This document shows, piece after piece, positions 29,117 through 45,438 of a DNA stretch of 64,000 nucleotides (positions within the stretch are counted from its first letter, which is position 1; every line of letters starts with the position of its first letter). The notes under the pieces were generated by a model. That model did not search any database. It was given only the letters and a program-made list of their open reading frames with translations, and was not told the origin of the DNA. A program made the position numbers and the translations under genes. Source of the stretch: Anaeromyxobacter sp. (GTDB lineage Bacteria > Myxococcota > Myxococcia > Myxococcales > Anaeromyxobacteraceae); NCBI GenBank assembly GCA_049840735.1, contig JASGJN010000013.1:672001-736000 (forward strand), written 5' to 3'.

Positions 29117-29272
29117 CGGGTCGCCGGGCCGCGGGTTCGAGCCGCGTGTTGCCCGCCGTGGGAGGGAGCGGGGCGCGCCTCGGGCGGGCTCCGCGGGTGC
29201 TTCTAGGGAAGCGCGAGATACCACACCGCGCACGTCCGCCACAACCGCGCCCCGGAGCGGGGCGGGCGGCGC

Positions 29273-29554
29273 TCACCGCCGGGTGGTGAAGGGGCCCAGG
29301 GCCCCGGCCGGCGCGCCCCAGCGCACCTCCACGTCGTCCACCCGCGCCCCCGGCGGCCCGCGTTGCAGGAAGCGGAGCAGCGCCTCGACCGCCGGGCGCT
29401 CCCCCTCCGCCTCGGCCTCCACCCGCCCGTCGGGGAGGTTCCGCACCCAGCCGTCGAGCCCCAGCCGCCGGGCCTCGTCCACCGTGCTCCAGCGGAACCC
29501 GACGCCCTGCACGCGGCCGCTGACGATCACCTCGACCCGCACGCGCTCGCCCAT
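29273..29554 (-). CDS. acyP: Acylphosphatase
   Basis: GRVQGVGFR, GWVRNLPDGRVE, GPPGARV. Confidence 0.95.
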   Translation of the reverse strand: MGERVRVEVIVSGRVQGVGFRWSTVDEARRLGLDGWVRNLPDGRVEAEAEGERPAVEALLRFLQRGPPGARVDDVEVRWGAPAGALGPFTTRR

Positions 29555-29558
29555 GCGC

Positions 29559-31676
<2,118 letters not shown>

Positions 31677-31708
31677 TCAGGCGCCGCCTGACGCGGGGGG
31701 CAGCCCCG

Positions 31709-32233
31709 TCAGAACGTGGTCAGGTCCTCCTCGCCGCGGGCGGGGGTCTCCCCGACGAGCGAGAAGGTGTAGCCCACGCCGGCGTACGCCATGTGCTTGC
31801 CCGAGGTGACGTTGTCGCCGTCGAGGTCGCCGACGCTGAACACGTCCAGCGTCAGGTTGGCGCCGTTGCCGCCCGGGTCTTGGGCGATGAAGTTGTACGA
31901 GTAGTACGAGCCGCCCATCACCACCATGGGCAGGCGGTTCCAGCCCGCCAGCGTCCAGTTGAACGCGCGCATCGTGGTGCCGACGGGAGCTGGGGGGTTC
32001 GCCGCCCCGACCAGCATGCCTCCGGGGACGCCCTGGTTCTGCATGATCACGTCGTTCACGCCGCCGGCGATGGCCTGCATGACGGTGAGCCGCTCGGCGG
32101 CGCGGGCGCGCAGCGCAGCCCGCTGGAACTGCGGCATGGCCACCGAGGCCAGCAGGCCGATGATCGCCACGACCACCATCAGCTCGACGAGGGTGAAACC
32201 AGCCGGGGACCGGCGCGAGTTGCGGGTCGTCAT
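31709..32233 (-). CDS. Type IV prepilin-like protein
   Basis: Class III signal G|FTLVELMVVVAIIGLLASVAMP. Confidence 0.85.
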   Translation of the reverse strand: MTTRNSRRSPAGFTLVELMVVVAIIGLLASVAMPQFQRAALRARAAERLTVMQAIAGGVNDVIMQNQGVPGGMLVGAANPPAPVGTTMRAFNWTLAGWNRLPMVVMGGSYYSYNFIAQDPGGNGANLTLDVFSVGDLDGDNVTSGKHMAYAGVGYTFSLVGETPARGEEDLTTF

Positions 32234-34132
32234 CTAGCGTCCTCCTGCCCCGGCGGGCTCGATCACCCACATCCCGGGGGCCACCTCACGAATGGTGTTG
32301 CCCTTGGCCGCCTCGGCGGCCTTCCAGTCCTGGAGCTGCTTGGCGTCCAGCTTCTTGGTGGGGTCGAGCACCACCACCTTGTTGGTGGCGTGCGACGCGC
32401 CCATGGTGCCGGCCGGCGCGCCCTCCACCGCCAGGCCCGCGACCGGCTGCTTGCGGAGCGAGATCCGGTAGGCGTGGTAGGCGCCGGTGGCGATGGCCAC
32501 CAGGGCCAGCAGGCTCCACAGCAGGAGCTGGCGCCGGCGGCGCGGGGCCGCCTCCGGATCCTCGGCCTCCACCGCCAGCACGCGCGCCGCCAGGGCGCGG
32601 GCCGGGCGGGCCGACCCGCTGGCCGGCCCCGCGGGCGCGGCCTCGGGCTGGGTGATCCGCTGCGCGGCCTCGGAGAAGTCGATGGCCTCGCGCACCAGCG
32701 CGTTGCGCAGGAGCCCCAGCCCCGGCTGCACGTCGGACGTGGCGGCGGCGTGGAGGGCGTTCACCTTGGAGAGCAGGCCGTCGATCTCGGCCAGCAGCGC
32801 CTGCACCGCGGCCCCGTCCACCGGGCTGCCCGGCGCCGGCGCGCCCGCCAGCGCGGCGGCCACCCGCAGCCGGACCACGGCCGCGTCGTGCACCGGCGCG
32901 GCGTCGAAGGGGAGCGGCTTGCCCAGCAGCGCCGAGCGCTCGACCTCCGAGAGGCCGGCCGCGACCACGTCGGCCGTGGCCTGGAGCGGCGAGGGCGGGC
33001 CGCGCAGGCCGCGGATGGCGCGGTAGATCGCGTCGTCGGCCTCGGCCGCGTCGGCCACCCCGGCGGGCCAGGCGAGGCGCGGGGCGGCCGGGGGCGGGAC
33101 GTAGACGCCCGGGGCGCGGAAGTCGGGGGCCGGGGCGGCCGCCGGCTCGGCCGCTGCCCCCTCGGCGGGGGCGGGCGGCTCGGCCGTGTCCACGTCCACG
33201 GCGTCGTCGAACAGGTCCAGCGCCGGCGCGGCGGCGGCGGGCGGAGGCGCGGCCTGCCCGGTCGGCTCCGGTCCAGCGGCGGCGGGCTCGGCGGCGGCGG
33301 GCTCGGCGACGGGCGGAGCGGGCACCAGGGGAGGCTTCGGCGCGGGCGCAGCGGCTGCCGGCGCAGGCCGGGGCGCGGCGGGCGGCGCGACGGCTGCCGG
33401 CGCGGGCTTCGGCGCGGCGGACGCAGCGGGCGGCGCCCTGGGTGCGGCGGGCGCGGGCGCAGCGGCGGCCGGCTTCGGGGCCCCGGCAGCAGGGGGCGCG
33501 GACGCCGGCTTCGGCACCGCGGACACCGGCGCGGCCGGCCTGGCCGCGGCAGGCGCGGACGGAGCCGCGGGGCGAGCAGCGGCGGGCGCGGGCCGGGGCG
33601 CTGCCGGAGCAGCGGCCGGCGCCGGGCGCGGCGCGGCGGGCGCGAGCGGAGGAGGCGGCGCCGCGGCAGGCCTGGGCGCGCCGGAGACCGGGGCGGCCGC
33701 AGCGGCCGGCTTCGCAGCAGCGGGCGCGGCGGGGCCAGGCGCGGCGCCGTCCACCGCCGGCGGGGGGGCCGCGGGCGCGCCCAGCAGCTGCTCCACCGCG
33801 GCGATCACGCCGGCGACGTCGCCCTCCCAGCGCGCCGTCTGCACGCCCATGGCGCGCAGCGTGCCCTCGGCCGCGGCGTGTGCGGGCGGGATGCCGACCA
33901 CCACCCGCATGCCGCCGCCGTCGCGGACCAGCGCCTTGATCCCGTTGAGCGATCCCTCGCCCAGGAACTCGACCACGGCCATGGCCGACGGGCCGCGCGC
34001 CAGGGTCACGGCCTGGGCCGGATCGGAGGTGACGCGCGGGCGCGTGCCCACGCGCTGCGTGAGCGGCGCCAGGAGCGCGACGGCGAATACCTTGGTACCC
34101 GCGACGACCAGGTCGATGTTTGGTTGCGACAT
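32234..34132 (-). CDS. Hypothetical protein: N-terminal alpha/beta domain, long Pro/Ala linker, helical domain, C-terminal TM
   Basis: Host-like codon usage; [24 protein letters not shown]; abuts pilin start. Confidence 0.65.
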   Translation of the reverse strand: MSQPNIDLVVAGTKVFAVALLAPLTQRVGTRPRVTSDPAQAVTLARGPSAMAVVEFLGEGSLNGIKALVRDGGGMRVVVGIPPAHAAAEGTLRAMGVQTARWEGDVAGVIAAVEQLLGAPAAPPPAVDGAAPGPAAPAAAKPAAAAAPVSGAPRPAAAPPPPLAPAAPRPAPAAAPAAPRPAPAAARPAAPSAPAAARPAAPVSAVPKPASAPPAAGAPKPAAAAPAPAAPRAPPAASAAPKPAPAAVAPPAAPRPAPAAAAPAPKPPLVPAPPVAEPAAAEPAAAGPEPTGQAAPPPAAAAPALDLFDDAVDVDTAEPPAPAEGAAAEPAAAPAPDFRAPGVYVPPPAAPRLAWPAGVADAAEADDAIYRAIRGLRGPPSPLQATADVVAAGLSEVERSALLGKPLPFDAAPVHDAAVVRLRVAAALAGAPAPGSPVDGAAVQALLAEIDGLLSKVNALHAAATSDVQPGLGLLRNALVREAIDFSEAAQRITQPEAAPAGPASGSARPARALAARVLAVEAEDPEAAPRRRRQLLLWSLLALVAIATGAYHAYRISLRKQPVAGLAVEGAPAGTMGASHATNKVVVLDPTKKLDAKQLQDWKAAEAAKGNTIREVAPGMWVIEPAGAGGR

Positions 34133-34244
34133 GCCGGGTGCGATTCCTCCGACCGTCCACATGGTACTCCCCTCGGAGGCTGGATCGCAGGGGCCCCGTC
34201 CCCCTCGTTCACAGGACACGGTAAGTGGAGGGTGGGGGGCGGCG

Positions 34245-34273
34245 TTGACACCACCTACCCGACCGCATAGGTT
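34245..34273 (+). promoter_or_regulatory. Sigma70-type promoter upstream of rho
   Basis: TTGACA-N17-TAGGTT. Confidence 0.6.
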
Positions 34274-34356
34274 TTTCGCTCTCCCCAGGCCTCTCCCAGA
34301 GACCCTGCAGTCCGCCTCGCCGCCCGCTTCCGGGCCTCCCCTCCGCCGAGTCCGAC

Positions 34357-35670
34357 ATGCCCGCCGCCGCCCCCACAGCCACGCACGCCGCGTCCGATCT
34401 GAACGAGCTCAAGCACAAGAAGGTGGCCGAGCTGGCCAAGCTGGCGCGCGACCTCAACATCGAGGCCGCCGGCGCGATGAAGAAGCAGGACCTGATCTTC
34501 GCCATCCTCCAGGCGCAGTCGAAGGCGGCCGAGGAGGCCAAGGAGGAGATGGAGGTCGGCGGCGAGGGCACGCTGGAGGTGCTGCCCGACGGCTTCGGCT
34601 TCCTGCGCAGCCCCGACTTCTCCTACCTGCCCGGCCCGGACGACATCTACGTCTCGCCCTCGCAAATCCGGCGCTTCAACCTGCGCACCGGCGACACGGT
34701 CCGCGGGACGGTGCGCCAGCCCAAGGAAGGCGAGCGCTACTTCGCGCTCCTGAAGGTGGACTCGATCAACGGGGAGCCGCCCGAGGAGAACCAGTCCAAG
34801 GTCCTCTTCGACAACCTGACCCCGCTCTACCCGACCAAGCGGCTCACGCTCGAGCACGAGGCCGGCGAGATGACCACCCGCGTGGTGGACCTCTTCTCGC
34901 CCATCGGCAAGGGCCAGCGCTGCCTGATCGTCTCGCCCCCGCGCGCCGGCAAGACCGTGCTGCTGCAGAACATGGCGCACGCCATCACGACCAACCACCC
35001 CGAGGTGACCCTGATCGTGCTGCTCATCGACGAGCGGCCCGAGGAGGTCACCGACATGGAGCGGACCGTCAAGGGCGAGGTGGTGGCCTCCACCTTCGAC
35101 GAGCCGGCCACCCGCCACGTCCAGGTGGCCGAGATGGTGATCGAGAAGGCCCGCCGGCTGGTCGAGCACAAGAAGGACGTGGTGATCCTGCTCGACTCGA
35201 TCACCCGCCTGGCCCGCGCCTACAACTCGACCGTCCCGCCCTCCGGCAAGATCCTCTCCGGCGGCGTGGACTCCAACGCGCTGCACAAGCCCAAGCGGTT
35301 CTTCGGCGCGGCGCGCAACATCGAGGAGGGCGGCTCGCTCACCATCATCGGCACGGCGCTGGTGGACACCGGCAGCCGCATGGACGAGGTGATCTTCGAG
35401 GAGTTCAAGGGCACCGGCAACTGGGAGATCGTCCTCGACCGCAAGCTGATGGAGAAGCGCATCTTCCCCTGCATGGACATCGGGAAGAGCGGCACGCGCA
35501 AGGAGGAGCTGCTCCTGGCGCCGGACTGGCTCTCGAAGATCTACATCCTGCGCCAGACCATCCTGAACGGCCTGGACAACGTCGAGGCCATGAAGTTCAT
35601 CCTCGACAAGTTCCGCCAGGTGAAGAACCACGACGAGTTCTTCAAGATGATGGTGGGCGGCGGGAAGTAG
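34357..35670 (+). CDS. rho: Transcription termination factor Rho
   Basis: [63 protein letters not shown]. Confidence 0.98.
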   Translation: MPAAAPTATHAASDLNELKHKKVAELAKLARDLNIEAAGAMKKQDLIFAILQAQSKAAEEAKEEMEVGGEGTLEVLPDGFGFLRSPDFSYLPGPDDIYVSPSQIRRFNLRTGDTVRGTVRQPKEGERYFALLKVDSINGEPPEENQSKVLFDNLTPLYPTKRLTLEHEAGEMTTRVVDLFSPIGKGQRCLIVSPPRAGKTVLLQNMAHAITTNHPEVTLIVLLIDERPEEVTDMERTVKGEVVASTFDEPATRHVQVAEMVIEKARRLVEHKKDVVILLDSITRLARAYNSTVPPSGKILSGGVDSNALHKPKRFFGAARNIEEGGSLTIIGTALVDTGSRMDEVIFEEFKGTGNWEIVLDRKLMEKRIFPCMDIGKSGTRKEELLLAPDWLSKIYILRQTILNGLDNVEAMKFILDKFRQVKNHDEFFKMMVGGGK

Positions 35671-35859
35671 CCTTCCAGCCAGGCCCCGGCCTCCCGCCTC
35701 GCGGGGAGCCGGGGACCCCCGCGGCCAGCCCGTGCTTGACGCAACCGCCCGATCCGACTGAATCCCGCCGTTCCAACAACCAAGGGGCGAGCCTCGCGCG
35801 CGCCCCCGTGGGCCCGGACCATCGCCGACGCGCGGTGCAAGCGGCCCGAGAGGCGAGCA

Positions 35860-36221
35860 ATGAAGGAAGGCATCCACCCCGACTACAAGCCGGCCAAGGT
35901 CCTCTGCGCCTGCGGGAACGAGAATCGTCACCCGCTCCGTCCGCGGCGACTTCCACATCGAGAATCTGCGCCCAGTGCCACCCGTTCTTCACGGGCAAGC
36001 AGAAGATCATGGACACGGCGGGCCGCATCGAGAAGTTCAAGAACCGCTACGGCACCTCGCCGGTCACGTCGCCGCCGCCCAAGAAGGCCGAGGCGCCCAA
36101 GGCCGAGCCGAAGAAGGCGGACTCCAAGGAGAACCGCGCCGCCAAGCGTGCCAAGGCCGGCAAGTCCAAGCCGAAGGCCGAGGGCGCTGCTCCCGAGGCC
36201 ACCGAGGCCAAGGCCGAGTAA
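35860..36221 (+). CDS. rpmE: 50S ribosomal protein L31, zinc-binding type, basic tail (two apparent frameshifts near 35923 and 35963)
   Basis: [13 protein letters not shown]..., [23 protein letters not shown]; removing one A at each GAGAATC gives a 119-aa ORF. Confidence 0.92.
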
Positions 36222-36266
36222 GGCCGGCTGCCGTTCGCGGTCAGCCTGTCGAACCGCGACGTGTGC

Positions 36267-36296
36267 GAGGGCGCCTCCGGGCGCCCTCTTCTTTTT
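36267..36296 (+). terminator. Intrinsic terminator after rpmE
   Basis: GAGGGCGCC-TCCG-GGCGCCCTC then TTCTTTTT. Confidence 0.85.
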
Positions 36297-36344
36297 GCGC
36301 CCGGCACTTGCCCGGCCGCACCCCGCGTGGTGTAGAGGACAGGC

Positions 36345-36533
36345 ATGCCGCCGAGGGCTCGCCGGACGCCGTCGAAGGAGGGGTTGGTGGAAGCCCTGCT
36401 CCTGGCCTGCTTCCTCGCGCTGGCCGCGGCCGGCGCGGTGGCGGTCTTCGGCGGGGAGCTCCGCGAGGCGCTGGGGCTTCGGCCGCCTGCCCCCGCCGTG
36501 CCGCCCCCGACCCCCGCGGCCCCGCAGCGCTGA
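36345..36533 (+). CDS. Small membrane protein, possibly degenerate Flp-pilin-like
   Basis: GAGGA SD; EGLVEALLL..hydrophobic helix..FGGELREAL. Confidence 0.4.
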   Translation: MPPRARRTPSKEGLVEALLLACFLALAAAGAVAVFGGELREALGLRPPAPAVPPPTPAAPQR

Positions 36534-36599
36534 GGCCGCGAAGCCCTGTCCCTCTCGAACCGCGAGCGGCCGGCGCGCGCTTCGGCATACACTGCCCCC

Positions 36600-38027
<1,428 letters not shown>

Positions 38028-38076
38028 GCCCGGCCGACGGCGCATCGCCACGCCCGTCCGGCCCCCTGATCGCCGC

Positions 38077-38130
38077 TGCCAAAATGGCGCCCGCACCGGC
38101 GCCGCAGCGGCCCGCTTTGCCATATTGGCA
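38077..38130. promoter_or_regulatory. Two TGCCA-N3-TGGC(A/G) palindromes (putative EBP sites)
   Basis: TGCCAAAATGGCG 38077-38089 and TGCCATATTGGCA 38118-38130. Confidence 0.55.
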
Positions 38131-38222
38131 GCGAAGCCCCCCGCAGGGCGGGAGGGCGCGGGCGGCGGCCGGGATTTCTCAGCGGCTACGCGAGGTTGAA
38201 CTGGCACCACTGGGCCGCGAGG

Positions 38223-38238
38223 TGGCATGGTGGTTGCT
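38223..38238 (+). promoter_or_regulatory. Sigma54 promoter of gsp operon
   Basis: TGGCATGGTGGTTGCT, GG-N10-GC. Confidence 0.8.
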
Positions 38239-38261
38239 CTCTCGCCCCCGCGGGCGCCCCC

Positions 38262-39241
38262 ATGCTCGACCTCTTCTTCCGCAAATACGCCTGGGCCGCG
38301 AACCTGGTGCTGCTGTTCGCAGCCGCCTGGCTCGCCGCAAGGACCGTCAACACCCTGGTCGCGGCGGTGATCCGCCCGAAGCCCGTGGTGGACCTCGCCC
38401 TGCACACCGGCCCGGTGCGCACTGCGCCGCCGGCGATGCTCGACGATGAGCGGCTCTACAAGCTCATCGGCGTGGACCCGCCCAAATCGTGATCGAGGAC
38501 GCGCCGGCGAAGCCGGTGCGGCCGCAGAACTGCGCCGACCCGGCGGCGCAGCCGGTCAAGACGCAGCTCAACTTGTCGCTGGTGGCCGGCACGCTGGCCG
38601 AGCCGGCCCGCTACTCGGTGGCCACGCTGGCCGACCTCTCCGCCCACCAGACCATCTCGGCCGGCATCGGCGATCCGGTGCAGGGCGCGCGGCTCATCGG
38701 CCTGCAGCGGATGCGCGACGAGCGCGACGTGACCGGCAACGGGTTCCGCATGGTGGCCATCCTCTGCAACGAGGGGACGAAGGAGTACGTGGACGACGGC
38801 GGCGGCGGCGGCGACGTGCTCGCCTCCGGCGGGCCCAACCTCGGCTACTCGCCCGTGCCGCCGCCCGGGCGCCCGCCGGCCGTGGCCAACGTCGAGGGCA
38901 TCCGCAACGTGGGCAAGGACCGGTACGAGATCGACCGGACCGCCCTGGACGCGAAGCTGAACAACCTCTCCGAGTTCGCGACGCAGGCGCGCATCGTCCC
39001 GTCCTTCAAGAACAACGTCGCGAACGGCTTCAAGCTCATCGCGGTGCAGCCGGGGTCGCTCTACTCCGCCATCGGCATCGAGAACGGCGACGTGATCCAG
39101 CGGGTCAACGGCTACGAGCTCAACTCGCCGGAGAAGGCGCTGGAGCTCTACACGAAGCTGCGCGAGGCCGGCCGCGTCACCCTCGAGCTGGAGCGCGGCG
39201 GCCAGGTCGTCCGCAAGGAATTCACCATCACCGGCCCGTGA
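38262..39241 (+). CDS. gspC: T2SS protein GspC with PDZ domain (apparent frameshift near 38485)
   Basis: N-terminal TM; QARIVPSFK....GFKL....PGSLY..IG..NGDVI..VNG; first gene of operon. Confidence 0.85.
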
Positions 39242-39264
39242 CCGGGACCGTCAGGCTCTCACCC

Positions 39265-41952
39265 ATGCGCAAGCTCCTCGTCCCACTCCTGCTCGTCCCC
39301 GCGCTGGCCCTGGCCCAGGTGCCGATGCGCCCGCCCAAGGCGCCGCCCGGCGTCGGGCCCACAGGCAAGCCGGCGCGCCCGATGACCCGGCCCACCCGCG
39401 AGCCCCCGGCGCAGGCCGAGGGGCAGGCGCCCGCGTCGCCGCCGCCCGGGGCGCAGGCGCAGCAGCCGCCCCCGCCTCCTCCCGTCAACGACTCGGCCCC
39501 CACGCCGGCCGGCGAGGGCACCGTCCGCCTCACCGGCGACAAGTGCCAGCCGATGAAGGGGCGCTTCATGCTCTCCTTCAACAAGGCCGACATCGTGGAC
39601 GTGCTGGAGCAGGCCAGCCGCTGGACCTGCCGGAACTTCATCTACACGGAGGAGGTCGCGCGCGGGAAGATCACCCTCCTCTCCAAGACGCCGGTCACCG
39701 CCGACGAGGCCTACGCCGCGTTCCTGGCCGCCCTCAACTCCAACAACCTGACGCTCTACCCCACCGGCAGGTACTGGAAGCTGTCGCGCTCGCCGGACGG
39801 GAAGAAGCTGCCCATCCCCACCTACGTGGACCCGGGCACCGGCACGCCGTCCACCGAGCAGATCATCACCAAGGTGATCCGGCTGCAGAACTCCGACGCC
39901 GACCAGCTGCGCGGCGTGCTCGGCAACTTCATCTCGCCGCAGGGCGCGGACATCCAGTCCATCCCGCCCGACACGCTGATCATCACCGACATCGGCCTCA
40001 ACATCCGGCGCATCGAGAAGATGCTGGAGACCATCGACCGGGCCGGCGCCGGCGACACCATCCGCATCGTGCAGATCCGCTACGCCTCGGCCAAGGACAT
40101 CGCCGACAAGCTCAACCAGATCTTCGCCGGCCAGCAGGTGGCCGGGAAGGCCCGCCGCGGCGTGACCACCACCTCCCCGGCCGGCCCCACCGGCCGTCCG
40201 CCCGGGCCCGTGCCGGCGCCGAGCCCGCCGGGCGCTGCCCCTGCGGCCCCCGGCGGCACCACCGACGGCGCCGGCGGGGGCGCGATCAACCTGACCAAGG
40301 TCCTGGCCGACGACCGGACCAACAAGCTGATCGTCATCGCCGACGAGAAGAGCTTCCAGCGGCTGCAGGAGCTGGTGGAGCAGCTGGACGTGCCCACCAG
40401 CGCCGACGGCGGCATCCACGTCATCTTCCTCAAGAACGCCAACGCCGAGGAGCTGGCCACCACGCTCTCCAACCTGGCGCAGGGCCAGGCCAAGAAGCCG
40501 GGCGGCCCCGGCACCAGCGCCGTCCCGGCCGCCCCCATGCCGGGCCCGCTGGGCAACGCGGTCAACGCCGCCCGCCCGGCCGGCGCCGGCGGCGGCGAGG
40601 CCGCCACCGCCGAGCTGTTCAGCGGCGACGTGAAGATCACCTCCGACAAGACCCAGAACGCGCTGCTGGTGCAGGCCAGCGGCGCCGACTTCAACACCAT
40701 CTCCCGGCTGGTGGAGCGGCTCGACCGCCCGCGGCGCCAGGTGTTCGTGGAGGCGGTGATCCTCGAGGTCAACCTCCAGGACCAGAACCAGGTCGGCGTC
40801 GGCATGCACGCCGCCGTGCCCTACAAGTACAAGGGCGAGACCGGCATCATCCCGTTCTCCTCCAACCCCGGCCGGGTCAACTCGCTCGACGCCACCAGCG
40901 CCATCGGCCTGGGCGGCTTCCTCACCGGCTACGTCGGCCCGACCACCGCCGAGCTGAAGGACTTCGGCCTCTCCATCCCGTCCATCGGCGTGCTGATCCA
41001 GGCGCTGCAGTCCAACTCGGACGTGAACGTGATCTCCACCCCGCAGCTCCTCGCCATGGACAACGAGGACTCGGAGATCACCGTCGGCCAGAACGTGCCC
41101 TTCCAGGCCGGCTACGCCCCCTCCGGCCTCTCCTCCGCGCTGGGCAACAGCGGGACCAGCACCGCGCTGGGCAGCCTGGTCGGCACCGGCGGGCTCAACT
41201 CCCTCTACGCCCCCATCCAGCGCCAGAACGTGGAGCTGCGGCTCAAGATCAAGCCGCAGATCAACGAGGGCGGGAACGTCCGGCTCATCATCGAGGAGCA
41301 GACCGAGGAGATCGTCAGCCAGGACGCCACCCTCGGCCCCACCACCGCCAAGCGCGCCATCAAGACCCAGATCGTGGCGGCCGACCAGAGCACCATCGTC
41401 ATCGGCGGCCTGATCCAGGACCGCAACGTGAAGTCGGTGAAGAAGGTGCCGGTGCTGGGCAGCCTGCCGGTGCTGGGCTGGCTCTTCCGCGACACCACCT
41501 CCTCCAAGCAGAAGACCAACCTGCTCCTCTTCCTCACGCCCTACATCATCCGCAGCGAGGCGGACTACCGGCGCATCTACGAGAAGAAGCGCAAGGAGCA
41601 GCAGGACTTCATCGAGCAGTACTACGGCCGCACGCCCTCCTACCGCGTGGACGTGGACTTCTCGCGCAAGGCCGGCCCCTACGCCCACCTGCGCAGCAAC
41701 GTGGCCGAGGAGACCGGCAAGCTCGAGAACGGCGGCCAGGGGCTGCCGGGCGAGGGGCAGACCACCCCGCCGGGCGGCGGCGACACCTCGCCGGCCCCGG
41801 CCACCCCCGCCACCCCGCCCTCGCGCACCACGCCCGTGAACCCCACCGAGCCGCAGGAGGCCGCCCCGCCGCCCGAGCAGGGCGAGGCCCTCCCGCAGGA
41901 CGGCGCGCCCGCCGAGCCGGACGCGGGCGGCGAGCAGCCGCCGCAGGAATGA
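39265..41952 (+). CDS. gspD: T2SS secretin GspD
   Basis: Signal peptide, N-domains, LDRPRRQVFVEA.I.EV, EI.VGQNVP, KVP.LG.LP.LGWLFR, KTNLL.FLTP.II. Confidence 0.95.
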   Translation: MRKLLVPLLLVPALALAQVPMRPPKAPPGVGPTGKPARPMTRPTREPPAQAEGQAPASPPPGAQAQQPPPPPPVNDSAPTPAGEGTVRLTGDKCQPMKGRFMLSFNKADIVDVLEQASRWTCRNFIYTEEVARGKITLLSKTPVTADEAYAAFLAALNSNNLTLYPTGRYWKLSRSPDGKKLPIPTYVDPGTGTPSTEQIITKVIRLQNSDADQLRGVLGNFISPQGADIQSIPPDTLIITDIGLNIRRIEKMLETIDRAGAGDTIRIVQIRYASAKDIADKLNQIFAGQQVAGKARRGVTTTSPAGPTGRPPGPVPAPSPPGAAPAAPGGTTDGAGGGAINLTKVLADDRTNKLIVIADEKSFQRLQELVEQLDVPTSADGGIHVIFLKNANAEELATTLSNLAQGQAKKPGGPGTSAVPAAPMPGPLGNAVNAARPAGAGGGEAATAELFSGDVKITSDKTQNALLVQASGADFNTISRLVERLDRPRRQVFVEAVILEVNLQDQNQVGVGMHAAVPYKYKGETGIIPFSSNPGRVNSLDATSAIGLGGFLTGYVGPTTAELKDFGLSIPSIGVLIQALQSNSDVNVISTPQLLAMDNEDSEITVGQNVPFQAGYAPSGLSSALGNSGTSTALGSLVGTGGLNSLYAPIQRQNVELRLKIKPQINEGGNVRLIIEEQTEEIVSQDATLGPTTAKRAIKTQIVAADQSTIVIGGLIQDRNVKSVKKVPVLGSLPVLGWLFRDTTSSKQKTNLLLFLTPYIIRSEADYRRIYEKKRKEQQDFIEQYYGRTPSYRVDVDFSRKAGPYAHLRSNVAEETGKLENGGQGLPGEGQTTPPGGGDTSPAPATPATPPSRTTPVNPTEPQEAAPPPEQGEALPQDGAPAEPDAGGEQPPQE

Positions 41953-41985
41953 CCGGGCGCCCGCCGCCCGTTGCACGAGATCCGC

Positions 41986-43767
<1,782 letters not shown>

Positions 43768-43769
43768 CC

Positions 43770-45002
43770 ATGCCGGTCTTCGAGTACAAGGCGCTCAACG
43801 CCACAGGCAAGCCGGTCCAGGGGCTGCGCGAGGCCGACTCGCCCAAGACCCTGCGCAGCGTGCTGCGCCGCGACGGGGTGTTCCTGACCGAGGTGCTGGG
43901 GCAGAAGGACCAGCAGCGGGCCCAGGGCTCGCGCGACGTGGACGTGAAGCGGTTCGTGATGGGCCGCGTCGGCGCGCGCGACCTGGCCGTCACCACCCGC
44001 CAGCTGGCGGTGCTGGTCCGCGCCGGCATCCCGCTGGTGGAGGCCATGTCCGCCCTGGTGGACCAGGTGGACCACGAGCGGCTGAAGCGGATCCTGGGCG
44101 ACGTGAAGCAGAAGGTGAACGAGGGCGCCTCGCTGGCCGACGCCATGGCCGGCCACCCCAAGATCTTCTCCAACCTCTACGTGAACATGATCCGCGCCGG
44201 CGAGCACTCCGGCGCGCTGGAGACGGTGCTCGAGCGGCTGGCCGAGTTCACCGAGAGCCAGGCCCGCCTCCGCTCCAAGATCCTCAGCACCATGGCCTAT
44301 CCGGTCTTCATGATGGTGATCGGCACCGGCATCATGGGGCTGCTCTTCGCGGTGGTGGTGCCGCAGATCACGAAGATCTTCGAGAACACCGGCGCCATCC
44401 TGCCCTGGTACACGCGGGTGACGGTGGGCATCTCGCACGTGGTCTCGGGCTACTGGTGGGCGCTCCTGCTCGGCGCGGTGGCGTCGGTCTGGGGGTTCTT
44501 CCGCTGGAAGGCCACGCCGGCCGGGCGCGCCCGCTGGGACCGCCTGAAGCTGACCGCGCCGGTGATGGGGCCGGTGGTCCGCCAGATCGCCCTCGGGCGC
44601 TTCGCCCGGACGCTCTCCACGCTGCTCCGCAGCGGCGTGCCGCTCCTCACCGCCCTCGACATCGTCAAGAACGTGGTCGGGAACGTCAGGCTCTCCGACG
44701 TCATCGACCAGGCGCGCGACGCGATCCGCGAGGGCGAGTCCATCGCCGCCCCGCTCAAGCGCTCGGGCGAGTTCCCCCCGCTCGTCTACCACATGGTCTC
44801 GGTGGGTGAGCGCTCCGGCGCCCTCGAGGAGATGCTCGGCAACGTGGCCGACGCCTACGAGGACCAGGTCGAGACCACCATCGCCGCGCTCACCTCGCTG
44901 CTCGAGCCGGTGATGATCGTCAGCATGGGCGTGGTGGTCGGGTTCGTCGTCTTCTCCGTCCTCATGCCGATTCTCCAGATCAACAACCTCGCAGGAGGCT
45001 AG
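43770..45002 (+). CDS. gspF: T2SS platform protein GspF
   Basis: MPVFEYKA, TRQLA.LV.AGIPL, AGE.SG.L, GE.SG.LEEML, LLEP. Confidence 0.95.
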   Translation: MPVFEYKALNATGKPVQGLREADSPKTLRSVLRRDGVFLTEVLGQKDQQRAQGSRDVDVKRFVMGRVGARDLAVTTRQLAVLVRAGIPLVEAMSALVDQVDHERLKRILGDVKQKVNEGASLADAMAGHPKIFSNLYVNMIRAGEHSGALETVLERLAEFTESQARLRSKILSTMAYPVFMMVIGTGIMGLLFAVVVPQITKIFENTGAILPWYTRVTVGISHVVSGYWWALLLGAVASVWGFFRWKATPAGRARWDRLKLTAPVMGPVVRQIALGRFARTLSTLLRSGVPLLTALDIVKNVVGNVRLSDVIDQARDAIREGESIAAPLKRSGEFPPLVYHMVSVGERSGALEEMLGNVADAYEDQVETTIAALTSLLEPVMIVSMGVVVGFVVFSVLMPILQINNLAGG

Positions 45003-45004
45003 CC

Positions 45005-45427
45005 ATGAACCAGCGCAAGCTCCGCCGCGCATCCGAACGCGGCATGACCCTCATCGAGATCATGGTCGTGATGGTGATCCTCGGCCTGATCGCCGCCGCG
45101 GTGGCCGTCAACATGGTGGGCGCCGCCGACAAGACCCGCGTCGATCGCGCCAAGCAGGACGTCCAGAGCATCGCGAACCAGGGGGTCGAGGCCTTCCGCG
45201 CGGTGCGCGGCCGCTACCCGACGCGCGAGGAGGGGCTCAAGATCCTCATCCAGGAGCAGTTCCTGAAGGCCAACAACAAGGACGGGAACTTCAAGGACCC
45301 CTGGGACAACGAGTACCTCTACGAGTTCCCGGGCACGGTCCATCCCGACAGCTACGACGTGAAGAGCCTGGGCGCCGACGGCAAGGCCGGCGGCGACGGC
45401 AACAACGCCGACATCGTCAACTACTAG
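45005..45427 (+). CDS. gspG: Major pseudopilin GspG
   Basis: G|MTLIEIMVV, GRYPT..EGL, KDPW.N.Y.Y, SLGADG..GG.G..ADI. Confidence 0.93.
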   Translation: MNQRKLRRASERGMTLIEIMVVMVILGLIAAAVAVNMVGAADKTRVDRAKQDVQSIANQGVEAFRAVRGRYPTREEGLKILIQEQFLKANNKDGNFKDPWDNEYLYEFPGTVHPDSYDVKSLGADGKAGGDGNNADIVNY

Positions 45428-45438
45428 AGGAGGGGCCC

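Noticed and set aside
24017..29206. 1729-aa plus-strand ORF
   Set aside because: Antisense shadow of rne and the radical SAM gene; no motifs; expected in very high-GC DNA
35860..36000. Programmed frameshifting in rpmE
   Set aside because: No slippery heptamer; two identical GAGAATC lesions fit the GATC error pattern
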